Assembly (NCBI RefSeq): GCF_000143415.4
Contig: NW_003314284.1
Location: 1,098,693 to 1,162,692, forward strand
Length of the DNA: 64,000 nt
From: Selaginella moellendorffii
Lineage: Eukaryota; Plantae; Lycopodiophyta
Direction: 5' to 3'
This document shows, in pieces, positions 33,247 to 44,657 of this stretch. The translations under genes were made by a program, and so were the position numbers. Each line of letters opens with the position of its first letter. The first letter of the stretch is position 1. The notes beneath the pieces were generated by a model, which saw only the letters and a program-made list of their open reading frames with translations, made no database searches and had not been told where the DNA came from.

Positions 33247-33650
33247 GTGGCGTCACATGAGAAAGCAATATGGAATCGTCAGATCCGTGACCAAACACGA
33301 AGTAAAATGCCAAACCCCTGATACACGGCAGCCTGTGCTTCAGTTTTGAGCAACTCAAGTGTGTTCCACCGCTTCTTCCGTCTCGGGAGAACGAGAAAAC
33401 GCATTTTTTTTTGTTCTTCCGGCCTGTGGCCTGGTTGCTTTTCTTGTCCCTGCATGAAAACCATCGCTTTATAACGATAAAGTCCCGTTCCTTAGGTAAC
33501 AGACATCACTTGCCTTGGAGAAGATCCGGAGAGGCCACTCGAGCAGCCAAGCGCGCGAGCTCGAACAATCGCAATGCAGGATGCCGGTAGATCTCCTCCG
33601 CAAGCTCCTGTAAGTTCCCCCTTTTAGTGAGAAGAAGGGAGATATGAACC

Positions 33651-36473
33651 ATGGCTGGAGCAAACTTTAGCGCCGGGAGAGAGCATACCATCGACAGCTG
33701 CTTGCTGGCCGCGGAGTTCCAAGGTAAAGCTCGCAAGCCGGTTGCTGCCAGGAGCTTCAAAGTCACCGCCGGATTGACATGCCTCCAGTTCGTGTTCGCG
33801 GCGTATGCCACATTCCTGCTCTACTTTATGATCCCCTCGGCCATGGACTTACCGCGGAGTGCATGGAGCTCGAAGCTCACCAAGAAATTCTTCCCGGAGC
33901 AGCAGCTCGGCGGCGGCACAGAGGATTTGAAGAAGAGCCTGTGCGTTTACGAGGAGATAAGCTTCGCGCAGAAAGTATCAAACGATACCAACCTGGTCCG
34001 GATCAAGACGCAGCTCTACGAGGAGATTGTCGCCTTCCAAAACTCCACCCGGGGATGCGAGACACTGTCCGAGCTCATGATCTTGCCGTCGTCATCGTCG
34101 CGGACCAGGCCCAAGGTCACTGTCATCCTTAACCACTTCAAGCGGAGAACACTGTGCTCGCAACTGGATTCGCTGCTCCGCCAGACGCTGCCTTTCCACA
34201 GCTTGTGGGTGCTCGCGTTTGGAAGCCCGAACGAGAGCCACCTGAGGAGCACTGTCGAGGCCTACAACGATTCCCGGATCCACTTCATGACCTCCACGTA
34301 CGACTTCAAGTACTTCGGAAGGTTTCAGCTGGCTTTGCAAGCGGAAGGCGCCAACTTTGTGTATATCCTGGACGATGATATGATCCCCGGTAAGAAAGTC
34401 CTGGAGATTTTCTCGTACATAGCGGGCACGGTCCGGTACCACAATTCACTTCTCGGAAGCATCGGACGTATCCTTCCCTTCAGGCAAAAGGACTTCAGCT
34501 TCCCGAGCTACCGGAAACCCGGGTCCAAGGAAGCCGGACTCTATATCCCCGACCCCGCCTATAGAATCATTGTTGACCGGATACTGCAGGTTGATTTCCT
34601 GTCAAGCTCCTGGTTCCTTCCAGCGAACCTCGTCAAAGCCCTCTTTCTCGAGTCCCCACTGACTTTCAGCACCGGAGAAGATCTTCATTTAAGGTGAACT
34701 CTGCCCTGTGAATTCCATCGGCTAACCCGAGCGTTGATGGTTAGTTACCAGCTGCAAAAGTACCTTGGAGTCCATTCTTACGTGGTTCCAATCGATCCGG
34801 ACGACCGAGATACTTGGGGTGATAGCGAGCACCGCCTGGCTTACGTCTCCGAGACCACCGTCATCCACAAGGATATAGTCCAGCTCCGTGATCGCCAGTG
34901 GTGGAGCGCACTGACCCGCGGCTACGTGACACAGTGGGCCGCGATGTTTCCACAGCAGTGTGATGTTTTCTTCTATGCGCATTCCCTGGGAGAGATCCTG
35001 GACCTGGCTCCACTTATTCTGCGCTTCCGGAGCATCCCAGGAAAGAAGGCCTACGTCGTAGTGTCGGGAGGACCTTACTGTCCCTGCGAAGAAGCGGCTC
35101 TCATGCTCGGGTGGTCGTCAAACAGTTGCCACGACCGCCGGTTCAAGATGTTCGACTTGGACATCAGTTTCGTCTCGTCTGGAAATTCCAACACGCAGGT
35201 CTTTCATGAGGTCCTCGCAGCCATGAAAGGCTTGATAAGAATTCACTCACCGGCGATTATTATCAGTGTCGCAGACTTGGTACCCGACGTCCGTGATGCC
35301 ATAGCTTTGGCTGCTTTCCAAGCAAACACCACCGTCTTACAGCTTCCCCGACGCGCCATCGAACATGCACTGTGGATAGCCGACGTGAAAACATCCGCTC
35401 TTCAACGTAAGCTACTTAAGCTTCTCGGGAACTTTCACTGACTTGCTATACCTACAGAATGGAACACGATGAGAATCTCGATAAGCATCATCACGCAAAA
35501 CAGACCTCGCTCGCTGAAGCGTCTGCTGGGAGCACTCGCCAGTGCATACTACGTCGGCGACGAGATCCATCTAACTTTCAGCATTGACAGTGCGGTCGAC
35601 GCGGAAACGCTGAAGATCGTCCACAGCTTCGAGTGGCCACACGGCGAAGTCACCATCCGCCGCAGGATAATCCAAGGCGGACTCATACGGGCCGTGAGCG
35701 AAAGCTGGTATCCGGCCTCGGACGATGACTTCGGCCTCCTGCTCGAGGATGACATCGAAGTCTCGCCATTCTACTTCATGTGGCTCAAGTACGCAGTCCT
35801 CGTCTACCACTACAGCACCGCAGAGGTGGCCGAGCTCAACTCCATCTCCCTGTACACACCGAGAGTTGTGGAAGTCGTGAAGGAGCGACCACGCTGGAAT
35901 GCCACTGACTTCTTCAAGGCGATCTATCCCAACACACCATACTTGCATCAGCTCCCCTGCAGCTGGGGCGCTCTCTTCTTCCCACGGCACTGGCGAGAGT
36001 TCTACCACTACATGGGGACCCGGTACACGGCAGATGCGAAGCAAAATCCCGTGCAGATCCCACGCTCGCGGACAAACGGGTGGCAAGCCTCCTGGAAGAA
36101 GTTCCTCATTGATATGATGTACCTGCGAGGATATGTGACCCTGTATCCCAACTTTCCCAACCAGACCAGCTTCTCCACGAACCATATGGAGCCCGGCGCG
36201 CACATCAACTCGTCGGACAACGTTGTGGAGCACAAGAGGAGCGACTTTGAGGTGCCACTGATGACAGACGATTTCTGGAAGCTGCTGCCTCTGCAAAGAC
36301 TACCGTCGGCTTCCAAGCTCCCTGTCATCAACCTCTTCAACCAGGTAGCGTCGCTGAAGGGGCTGAAAGCTGCCGGAGCGAGCCTGAGGCAAGATGTGCT
36401 GCCGTGTAACATCACTGAGACTGTCGTGGTGGACTTCGTCACGGGTGAGCCTGACAAGTGCGTTGCGTTTTAG
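33651..36473 (+). CDS. Glycosyltransferase family 2-like protein with two GT-A domains (3 exons)
   Basis: N-terminal TM helix, VTVILNHFKRRTLCSQL, YILDDDMIPG, TGEDLHL, RRRIIQGGLIRAVSESWYP..GLLLEDDIEVSP and YLHQLPCSWG. Confidence 0.9.
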
Positions 36474-36555
36474 TTCGAAAGCCAGTAAGCTGATCATCAG
36501 AAAAGCTGATTTTTTCTTCTATGTTCTTCCGAAATTTATACACCTCTTGACACCG

Positions 36556-37382
36556 TTACTTGAGAACAGCGTTCGCTATAGACAAGCTCACGCGTGTGCT
36601 TAGCACAAGCCAGGGGAGAATACCAATCTGCAGAACATCAATGGTTTTAGATTTCTTTCTCCACAGACTTTTCCAGACCTGTACAAGCGACTGTGCCTCC
36701 GAAACCTTGGATGGGAAACTCAAAACTTTTCCTACAAAAGCCGAGAGTGAAGAAGCAAAGTAAGCAAAGCAAGATACGAACCAAAGGGTTGCACGAGATG
36801 CGCTGGTACCGATGCCACGGGAGTTTGCCAAAACCACCAGACAAAAGCGCAGTAGAAGCAGGCCTGAAAAGCAGTGTTGGAGCTAAGCAAAATCTTCGCA
36901 AGCACTCCATACCTTCACGACGAAGAGCACCAATTTTGTCGACGCATTCTTTCCCTTGGCCTCTATCCTTACTGGTAGAAAAAACGATTTCACTGTATGA
37001 GCGACTCGATCACATTCCCTTGATCTTACTCTGCGAGAGCTCCTTCTCTTTCGCATTGGCCGCGCGCCTTAGCTTGGCAGATTGAGCGAAGGTCGATGGC
37101 CTGAGCTCCAAGCAACAAAAAACAAAATTCCCGCTCAAGAAAAATCGCAGCGAAAGATCTTACCCTGCCAAGGCATTCGCTTCCCGAAGCAAACTCCTTA
37201 TCTCAGACACGACCCTAGCTTCTTGCTGGCTCGATTTGCTCGCCTGGAGCAAAACAATCGCCGCATTGGACAGACACAACAACAGAGCGATTGCCACACA
37301 CCTGGTGGAGGAATTGCATTGCGAGCTGCAGGATCAAGACGGCCAAGAAGACCGCCACGGGCGCGGCACTACAATCGATCAT
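36556..37382 (-). CDS. GET1: GET1/WRB tail-anchored protein insertase receptor (short exons; not recovered as a gene by the ORF track)
   Basis: Hand-spliced: MIDCSAAPVAVFLAVLILQLAMQFLHQ / ASKSSQQEARVVSEIRSLLREANALA / FAQSAKLRRAANAKEKELSQ / WWFWQTPVASVPAHLVQPF / IGILPWLVLSTRVSLSIANAVLK*. Telo-box repeats lie immediately upstream (37397-37412). Confidence 0.88.
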
Positions 37383-37514
37383 CTTCCCTCCCTTGGAACC
37401 CTAAAACCCTAGAATCTCACAGTAGATACTTTATTCCATCATCTTCCTCAATGGTAATTTCTACAAGCTCATGAGCAAAATCTCTCTCGTTTTCCTCCTC
37501 TTTCGTCTTGGATC

Positions 37515-38831
37515 TCAGTGTCCCAGCGCTGCCGCAGCTAAAGTAAAAGACAAGCGCAAACGATGAGCAAAGGATCAAGAACAAACAAAAGGAGAAAGAC
37601 AAACCCGCGCGAGAGAGCGTCCCATTGCCGCTATCGAAACTGGCCGTCCAGAAGAAGTATCCTCTCATCCCTTTGCTGCGCAAGAAGCCCACCTTGTTCC
37701 GGATGGATTCCTCGTTGTCGAATCCAATCCACAAGCTTCCAACTTGCGCGTAGGCCGTGACGGTCACATTGTCATACACCACCGTCGCCTTGTCGTCGCC
37801 GCTAACAGTCGCCACGATGCCGGCAAACACTGGCGTCGCGTCGCCCGGCCCGGGACTCTTTGCCGGGGCCCCGATTCCAGCCTTGGCGCTGGGGTCACTG
37901 AGAATCCACGAGTGGCCATACATTGCCAGGCCGAGCACTCCCTTGTCCGGCCTCAGCCCCGCCGCCATCCACCGCGCGACACCGGCGGCGGTGTTGACGT
38001 CACTCTTCGGGTCGTACAGCGCGGTATGGGCGCCGGTCACAGTCGGCTCCCAGCTGCCGTGGTAGTCAAACGCCATGAGCCCGACCCAGTCAAGGTTGGC
38101 GTTGATCGATTTCGTGGGGTACGTTCCTCCTCCCACGAACCTGGAAAAAGTCAAAGAGCAGTCAATGCGTAACTTGCGGTACCGCGCGGTGTGAGTTCGT
38201 ACCTGATGGTGCCCGAGTAGTATACCGCGGCGGTAAGCAGCAGGCGCGGACGGCCCGAGTGGCCGGCCTCCGCGGCCGCGGCGAATCTCCACTCGGCGAA
38301 GAGGGTGCCCAGGTTGTCCATGTCGGTCTGGTTCTGCGGGAATTCCCAGTCGAGATCCAGCCCATCGAAGGCGTTTGATCGCGCCAGCGCGATGGAGCTC
38401 CAGATGAATGCCGTGCGGGACGAGGCCTTGGACGCCATTGCGGAGAAGGGCTTTGGATCGGCTCCACCGCCGCCGATGGAGAGGAGCGTCTTGAGCGACG
38501 GGTTGCGGGACTTGACGGTGCGCGAGAAGGCGGCGATCCGCGCGGCATCGTCGGGGACGACGGTGTTGTCGCTGGCGTTGAGATTGGCGAAGGCGTAGTT
38601 GAGGTGCGTGAAGAGCGTGGAGTCGATGGACGAGGCCGGGTACTGATCGGCGGAGTATGCCGGCCAGTAGGCCACCCTCACCACCTTGGTGTTCCTGGGG
38701 AAATAGTGCCAGTTCCAGGGATCATTCTTTCTCCAAGGATCTTGGGCCGGGAATGCCGAGACTGCAGCGTAGTGATCACTGGCGACAACGAGGAAAGCGA
38801 GGAAGATCGAGGCCAAGCTTCTCCTTTCCAT
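37515..38831 (-). CDS. GH18 class V chitinase (3 exons)
   Basis: Signal peptide, FTHLNYAFA, LLSIGGG, catalytic FDGLDLDWEFP, LDWVGLMAFDYHGSW and GYFFW. Two short introns. Confidence 0.95.
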
Positions 38832-39346
38832 CTCGTTCTCTAGACTTTCTGGATCGTGATCGTGTCGAGAGAATTTATAGCCGGAGAGGAGCAAATCAGC
38901 GCACGCAACTGGTAAGAGGTCTTCTCCGATGGACTAGTGGAAGATCCACCACGATCAACTCGTGAAACTTTCGCTGACTTTTACACAGCGTAGCAAAACT
39001 TCCACGACGATGAATCAAGTCTTGGCTCTTTTAGTAAATTTGTGGAGCTTTTCTAGTGGAGCATAGCATAATTCTCGATGATTGGAAGGAGAAAGTGACG
39101 TGCACTCCAGCAAAAACACCCAAGCGTTACCAAGCTTCGGTCATGGCGAAGACAAAGAAGAAGAAGCCAAAGTAGAATTTGTGTAAAAGAATGTCTCTAC
39201 ACACGCTCAAATCCATGAGCTATCGATCAATCAAAGATCTCTCCAATCCTCTCGAAAGAGCTACCCGAATCGTCTCTATACACTCAAGTCAAATCCATGA
39301 GCGATCGATCGATCAATCGAAGATCTTTCCAATCCTCTCGAAAGAG

Positions 39347-40453
39347 CTACCGTGAATCCAGCGTCGCCGAGGCAGCATTGGCGAGAGCCCCGGTGCTAGA
39401 ATCATAGCCCGCCGTCCAAAAGAAATAGCCCTTCAAAGCCCTGCTCTTGAGGTACTCCACCTTGGTGGCGATGGACACCGGGCTATCGAATCCAATCCAC
39501 ACACCGCCGCCAAAGCAGTAGGCCGTGACGGTCGTGTTGTCGTACACCGCGGTGGCATTGTTGTCGCGGATGAAGCTGACGATGTCCCGGAAGAACGGCG
39601 TGCTGTCGGCCGGCACCCCTACCGCCGCGGCACCAATGCCCGTTGACTCGTTACTGGCCAGGATCCACGACCGGCCGTACATGGCCAGCCCAAGTACGGC
39701 CCTGTCCGCGCGGAGCCCCTGGCCAAGCCACGACGTGACGCCGGCGTCGGTGTTGACGCTACTGTCCGGGTTGTACAGCGCGGTATGCGGCCCGACCGTG
39801 GTGGGATTCCACGCGCCGTGGTAGTCAAACGCCATGAGTCCAACCCAGTCAAGGTTTGCGTTGACCGCGTCGACCGGGTAGGTGCCAGCGCCCACGTTCT
39901 GTACCGTGGCGCGGTAGTATACCGCCGCGGTGAGGAGGAGTGCCGCGCGGCTCGTGGCGGTGGCCTCGGCTTGGATGGCGGCCCTCCACTCGGTCCAGAG
40001 GGCGGCGAGGTCGGACATCTCGCGCTGGGACTGGGGGAACTCCCAGTCGAGGTCGAGGCCGTGGAATCCATTGGCGCGCGCAAGGGCGATGGAGCTGTTG
40101 ATGAATGTGGCGCGGGAGGATGGGGCGGCGGCCATCTCCGCGAAGCGGGTGCTGTTGGATCCGCCGCCGCCGATTGCGATGAGCGTGACGATGGCGGGAT
40201 TGAGCGCGCGCGCGGCGGGCGTGAATTGGGCGATGTTGCCATTGTCGTCGGGCTGGGGGGAGATCTGGAAGGAGGGATCCAGCTGCGCGAAGGCGTATGT
40301 GAGGTGTGTGTAGAGGTGGAGATTGGCGGACGAGACGATTGGGCGCGATGCCAGCCAGTAGCCCAATTTGACGTCGCTGGACGAGGACGAGTGGAAGGAA
40401 GCAATGAGAACGCAGAGGAGGAGGGGGAGAATGCTGCGAGGAGCGATCGCCAT
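39347..40453 (-). CDS. GH18 class V chitinase (intronless tandem paralogue)
   Basis: Signal peptide, YTHLTYAFA, LIAIGGG, FHGLDLDWEFP, LDWVGLMAFDYHGAW and GYFFW. Confidence 0.95.
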   Translation of the reverse strand: MAIAPRSILPLLLCVLIASFHSSSSSDVKLGYWLASRPIVSSANLHLYTHLTYAFAQLDPSFQISPQPDDNGNIAQFTPAARALNPAIVTLIAIGGGGSNSTRFAEMAAAPSSRATFINSSIALARANGFHGLDLDWEFPQSQREMSDLAALWTEWRAAIQAEATATSRAALLLTAAVYYRATVQNVGAGTYPVDAVNANLDWVGLMAFDYHGAWNPTTVGPHTALYNPDSSVNTDAGVTSWLGQGLRADRAVLGLAMYGRSWILASNESTGIGAAAVGVPADSTPFFRDIVSFIRDNNATAVYDNTTVTAYCFGGGVWIGFDSPVSIATKVEYLKSRALKGYFFWTAGYDSSTGALANAASATLDSR

Positions 40454-40745
40454 GGTTTTTCTTCGAGGCAGGGACAAAGATTTGGAGGAACAGGCTTACT
40501 TTTTTATATGGAAAGGAAGCCTTCGTCTTTCTTGCGACGTAGAAAAAAATGGAGCGCTCTCACAAGCGCGTTTGTCCAGAAGGATTTGACTTCGGCCCGG
40601 TCAAAAACCTCGCCTTTACAATCTTATCCTTGGAAAAAACTTTGCGAAACTCACAAGAACTTTGAGAGCTAAGTTCTCGCAATAAACATCGTTTGGTAAC
40701 TAATCGAGAAGAAAAAAAGAGATACGAAACAAAGAACCTCTTGCA

Positions 40746-43700
40746 TCACTTCTTCTTGCCGCCTTTTGCTGCTTTGGGATCTTGCGCAGCGGCTGGATCT
40801 ACCGCTTTCGGCTTGGCCCATTCCTGCAAAACCAGATTTTTATGAGAACTTTGGAAGAACCTCGGAAGAACTAGAATGAGAAAGAACTTCGGAAGAACTA
40901 GAATGAGAGGTTGCTCACCCTGAGTACTTGATGCACCTCTGGATCCACGGGTTTCGTGTCGTAGATGAGCGTCGTGAACTCGTCGATCACCAGAGGCTTG
41001 CTCTTCACCTTGCGCTTGCGCTTCTCGGTCAGGACCGCCTTGCAAAACTGCTCGATCATTCCCGAGCTGTAGCCCTCGGAGACGTGAGAGATGGTGGAGA
41101 GGTTGAAGCGGTCCGTGACGCGACCACCGTGTCTCTCGATCAGAGCTCGCCAAAGCGATGACCGGCAGCCATGGTCGGGATATGGAACGTAGATCCGCTT
41201 GTTGAAGAAGTTGGCCAGTGCCGGAGGCTTTCCTGGCGAGTCCTGATCGAAGTAAAACAAAGATCATCAAAACCGAACTTTTGCGTTTGACACGAAAACA
41301 ATTACCTGAGGACTCGAAGATGTTCCTACGAACATCACACGATCGCCTGGCCTAATGCCTTGGACTTCCTTCAAGAGAGGCTTCTTGTATCGGTTTGCCT
41401 TATCTTTCAAACCATAAGTCTTGAGCTTTTTCTTGTCAGTGACAAAAAGCTGCAAGGGAAAACAGGTGTTTCTTCATCCAAGCTCAAAACTTGAACGAGT
41501 TTTCACCTTTTCAACCCCGTCGACGTGAACTATGGATGGTGCCATGACTCTCGCAATCTTGAAAGCCATTTGCAACATTTTGGTGGCTTGTTTTCCTGGA
41601 TACTGTCCGTCTGTAACTTCCGGCGAGAGATTTATGTACGTAGCTCCCGCCGTTCGACATGCTGCATGGACCTACAGAAACTACTGCTCAGTCAAGGAGA
41701 AAAAGAAGAAAAAGCTTACCAAGAGCTTCTTCCCATTGAGGCTTCCACCGTAGAGAAGGACTGACTTGATGAAAGGTGCATGCTCATGGACGAAGTCACT
41801 GACCAAAGGGAAGACACAGTACTCCATAGCCAGCCTCTTCACCTGTGTCACAGCGATAGAAATCTTTTTGAGAAAATGGAACTTGTGAGCATACCTGAGA
41901 CATGGAAGGATCCAATCCAACGGGATCCATTTCGAAGTTGGTCCCAAAGAAGCTGTCCGTTGCCACGAACTCGGAGAAGTCCCTCTTGGGATAAGCTTGG
42001 ATGATGCCGGCCTTGGCGAGCTCGGCATACAAAGACTCGATAGTTCTTTGAGCCGATGTGTCCTTGAGTTTCTTTGGCTTCTTCTTTGGAGGTGGCGCCG
42101 CCTCGTCGGCGTCGTCCTTCTTGGCTTCTTTCTTCTCGGGCTTGGCCGCGTCTCCTTTTTGCTTCTTTCGAGCAGCTTTGAGCTCCGCAACTATCTTTTG
42201 CTTGACCTTGTCTAAGATTGCTCTCGTAGTTTCGTCAACTTCGAGTCGAATCTGTGAGCTCAACGTCAAACACCGAATAGAAAAGAAGTAAAGATCGGCT
42301 CTACCTGTTCAAAGACCATGGGCCGGAGGTGTGACTTGAGCATCTCCATGTCGTGCTTTTGAGTTAACTCGGCAGAGTTATCCTTGTCGTGCCAGTTGCG
42401 AGTGTAGAGTTCCAGGCACTCTCGGACGTGCCGAAGGAAAAACTTCGGACAGGATGGTGGCTTCTCCGGATCTTCTTCTGGAAGAACTGGATGAGGAGGA
42501 ACTGGAGGACCTTTGGCCTTCTTTTTCTTCCCTTCTTTCTTATCCTCCTTCTTGCCTTTCTTCTCCTCGACATGGAAGCCGAGCTTGGGTGGCGGCTGCA
42601 CAATATACTTGCTGCCTCCATCGGCTGCCTTTGGAAACGGAGGGAAAAAGCCTGTATCCGGGTCGCGGTGGTCGTTCAGCCACTTGTTTATGCTCTCTTG
42701 GATGATCTCCCTCATCTCTTGGCCCTCGAGGTCGATGAGCTGCTCCTTCGCTATCCTCATTGCGTCCAGATATTCGTCATAGTTTAGAAGCTGGATGCTT
42801 CGTCTCTTGAGCTGTATCTCCCTGAGGCGTCCAAAAGCCGCGTCTTGAGCAGCGGAGCGAGCAAAAGGATTTATATCTGCATGCAAAGAGAATTAGTATC
42901 TGCCTGGGTAAAGAATTCCTTACGTACTAAGTAATGACATCTCATTGTTTGCATCATGCTTGACTCGGCAGCGAAAGAGAAAGCCTCGAGCACTTTGGTG
43001 GAGTTAAGAAAAGACGTGTAAGAAAATAACTCTCGATAGATGGAAAAGGATACGCAGATTGCATTCTAATGGCAGCAGCTTCCGAAGACAATGGTTCGTG
43101 TCCAGCTTGTTGCTTCTTCAAAGCTTCTTCTTGCACAGTGCTGTAGAAGAAACGAGAAATCAAAACCAGAAGAAAAACGAGAGAGAGAGAGAGAGAGAGA
43201 GAGATTAAAAAATAAAAAACAAGGGAGGGAAAAGGACCGTGTTTTTGCCATCTGATTGACACGCTCTCGTGCTTGCCTCCCCCGTTCATTAGCCTAGACA
43301 CTTGATCAAAGAAAATGCAAGTTAATTCAAGAACAAAATCATAGAAAACAGCCACTAACCTGCAATAGCGCGATTGCCTGCTCTGGAGTATACGGCGGGA
43401 ATGGAAAGTCTTTGAATGGATCCACCACTTCCTCCTTCTCTTCCTCTTCTTCGAACACTTGCTCCAGAGCTTTGGCCTCTTCCCCTTCCTTTCTCCTCTT
43501 CTCTTCGGCCTCTTTCCTGGCTTGTTCCTCGAGCTCTTTCTCGGCTCGGTGCTTCTCCATCACTTTATGCTGGACAGCTAGCGAGTAGCTGGTTAAGAGC
43601 GACTTTGAGACTACAAAACCTCTCAAAAACGAACCAGAAACTTCTCCCGGATTTCGAGATTTTTGGCATTGTCATTCACTAGGTGCCGCGGAGGAATGAT

Positions 43701-44385
43701 CTCTACAGTGTCTGGAGACAACGTCATGTTCACCTGAAAGCAAAAGGAAACGATCAAGGAAAAGAGAGAGAGAGAGATGAAGAAGAAAAAAGCGTTTCTA
43801 CCAAGGTGTCTTCAAGATTGATGACTTCCTTTCCAGTGTTCAAATGCACCATCCACTGAAAATCACAACTCTTTGAAAAGTTAGCGTCCCAAAAACACCT
43901 CGAACTTACGTGCTTGATCTCCAGTATCCTTCCGACCACTGCCTCGAGCGTCTTCATGCAGTCCATGCGTTTTTGAGGATGGACTAGCTAGAAAGAGTTT
44001 ACTTTAGCAGCGCAACCAAAGAGAAAAAGAAATGAGAGAGCACAACCATGTCGGAGCATTCCTCGAGAAGCTTGTAAGCTTTCGAGTACTTGACGTAAAT
44101 CCGACAATAGTCCACCAGGTTCTTGCGGCAAGAAAGAAAGAAAGACTGAGAAAGAGCGATGCAAAGCTGCTAGAATGTAGCGAAGGGAAAGGGGAAGCTA
44201 CCTGAGGTCCCTGGAATGTGTAAGTGGGAACTTCCAGCTTCAAAACAGACACGAGCTCCCGCATTGCGTCCTCCCACAGATTATCATACGTTCTGCGGCA
44301 AAGTCACAGAAGTCTTTCATTCTTTCTTGCTTCTCTTTCTTGCGTTTCTTTCTTGTTCTAGATGGAAAACTTACACGTGAGACAT
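40746..44385 (-). CDS. DRC11: IQ and AAA domain-containing protein / dynein regulatory complex subunit 11 (many exons)
   Basis: Start MSHV|TYDNLWEDA, then HPQKRMD..LEAVVGRILEIK, an IQ-like AAIRMQ and K-rich linkers. KLKDTSAQRTIESLYAEL precedes an AAA region (SVLLYGGSLNGKKLL, RVMFVGTSS.P, IYVPYPDHG). Confidence 0.85.
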
Positions 44386-44657
44386 TGGATCCGCGAGGCG
44401 CCAGAGAAAATGGAGGAGAAATCGCGGCGGAGACGAGAAAGTTTGCTCGAGCGAAAGGGCTTTGCCACAACTAACCCCTGGCCCCGGGCGATTAGGGCAC
44501 ACGTGGCAGTTAATTGCGTTTTCCTTTAAGAGCTAGTTTAAAAGTTTAACGGTGTTTATTTGTTAGCTTTGATAAAATTCCAGTTCTAGGTAGTGCCCAA
44601 AATTTTTTCTCTTGTCCTCTTAGAATTCGTTCGCGCTGCTCCAGAGGGAGCGAGAGC

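Noticed and set aside
23160-40453. MurA, GT2 and GH18 chitinases as a GlcNAc or peptidoglycan 'gene cluster'
   Set aside because: Their predicted compartments differ (plastid, secretory membrane, apoplast) and unrelated genes are interspersed. Nothing supports co-regulation.
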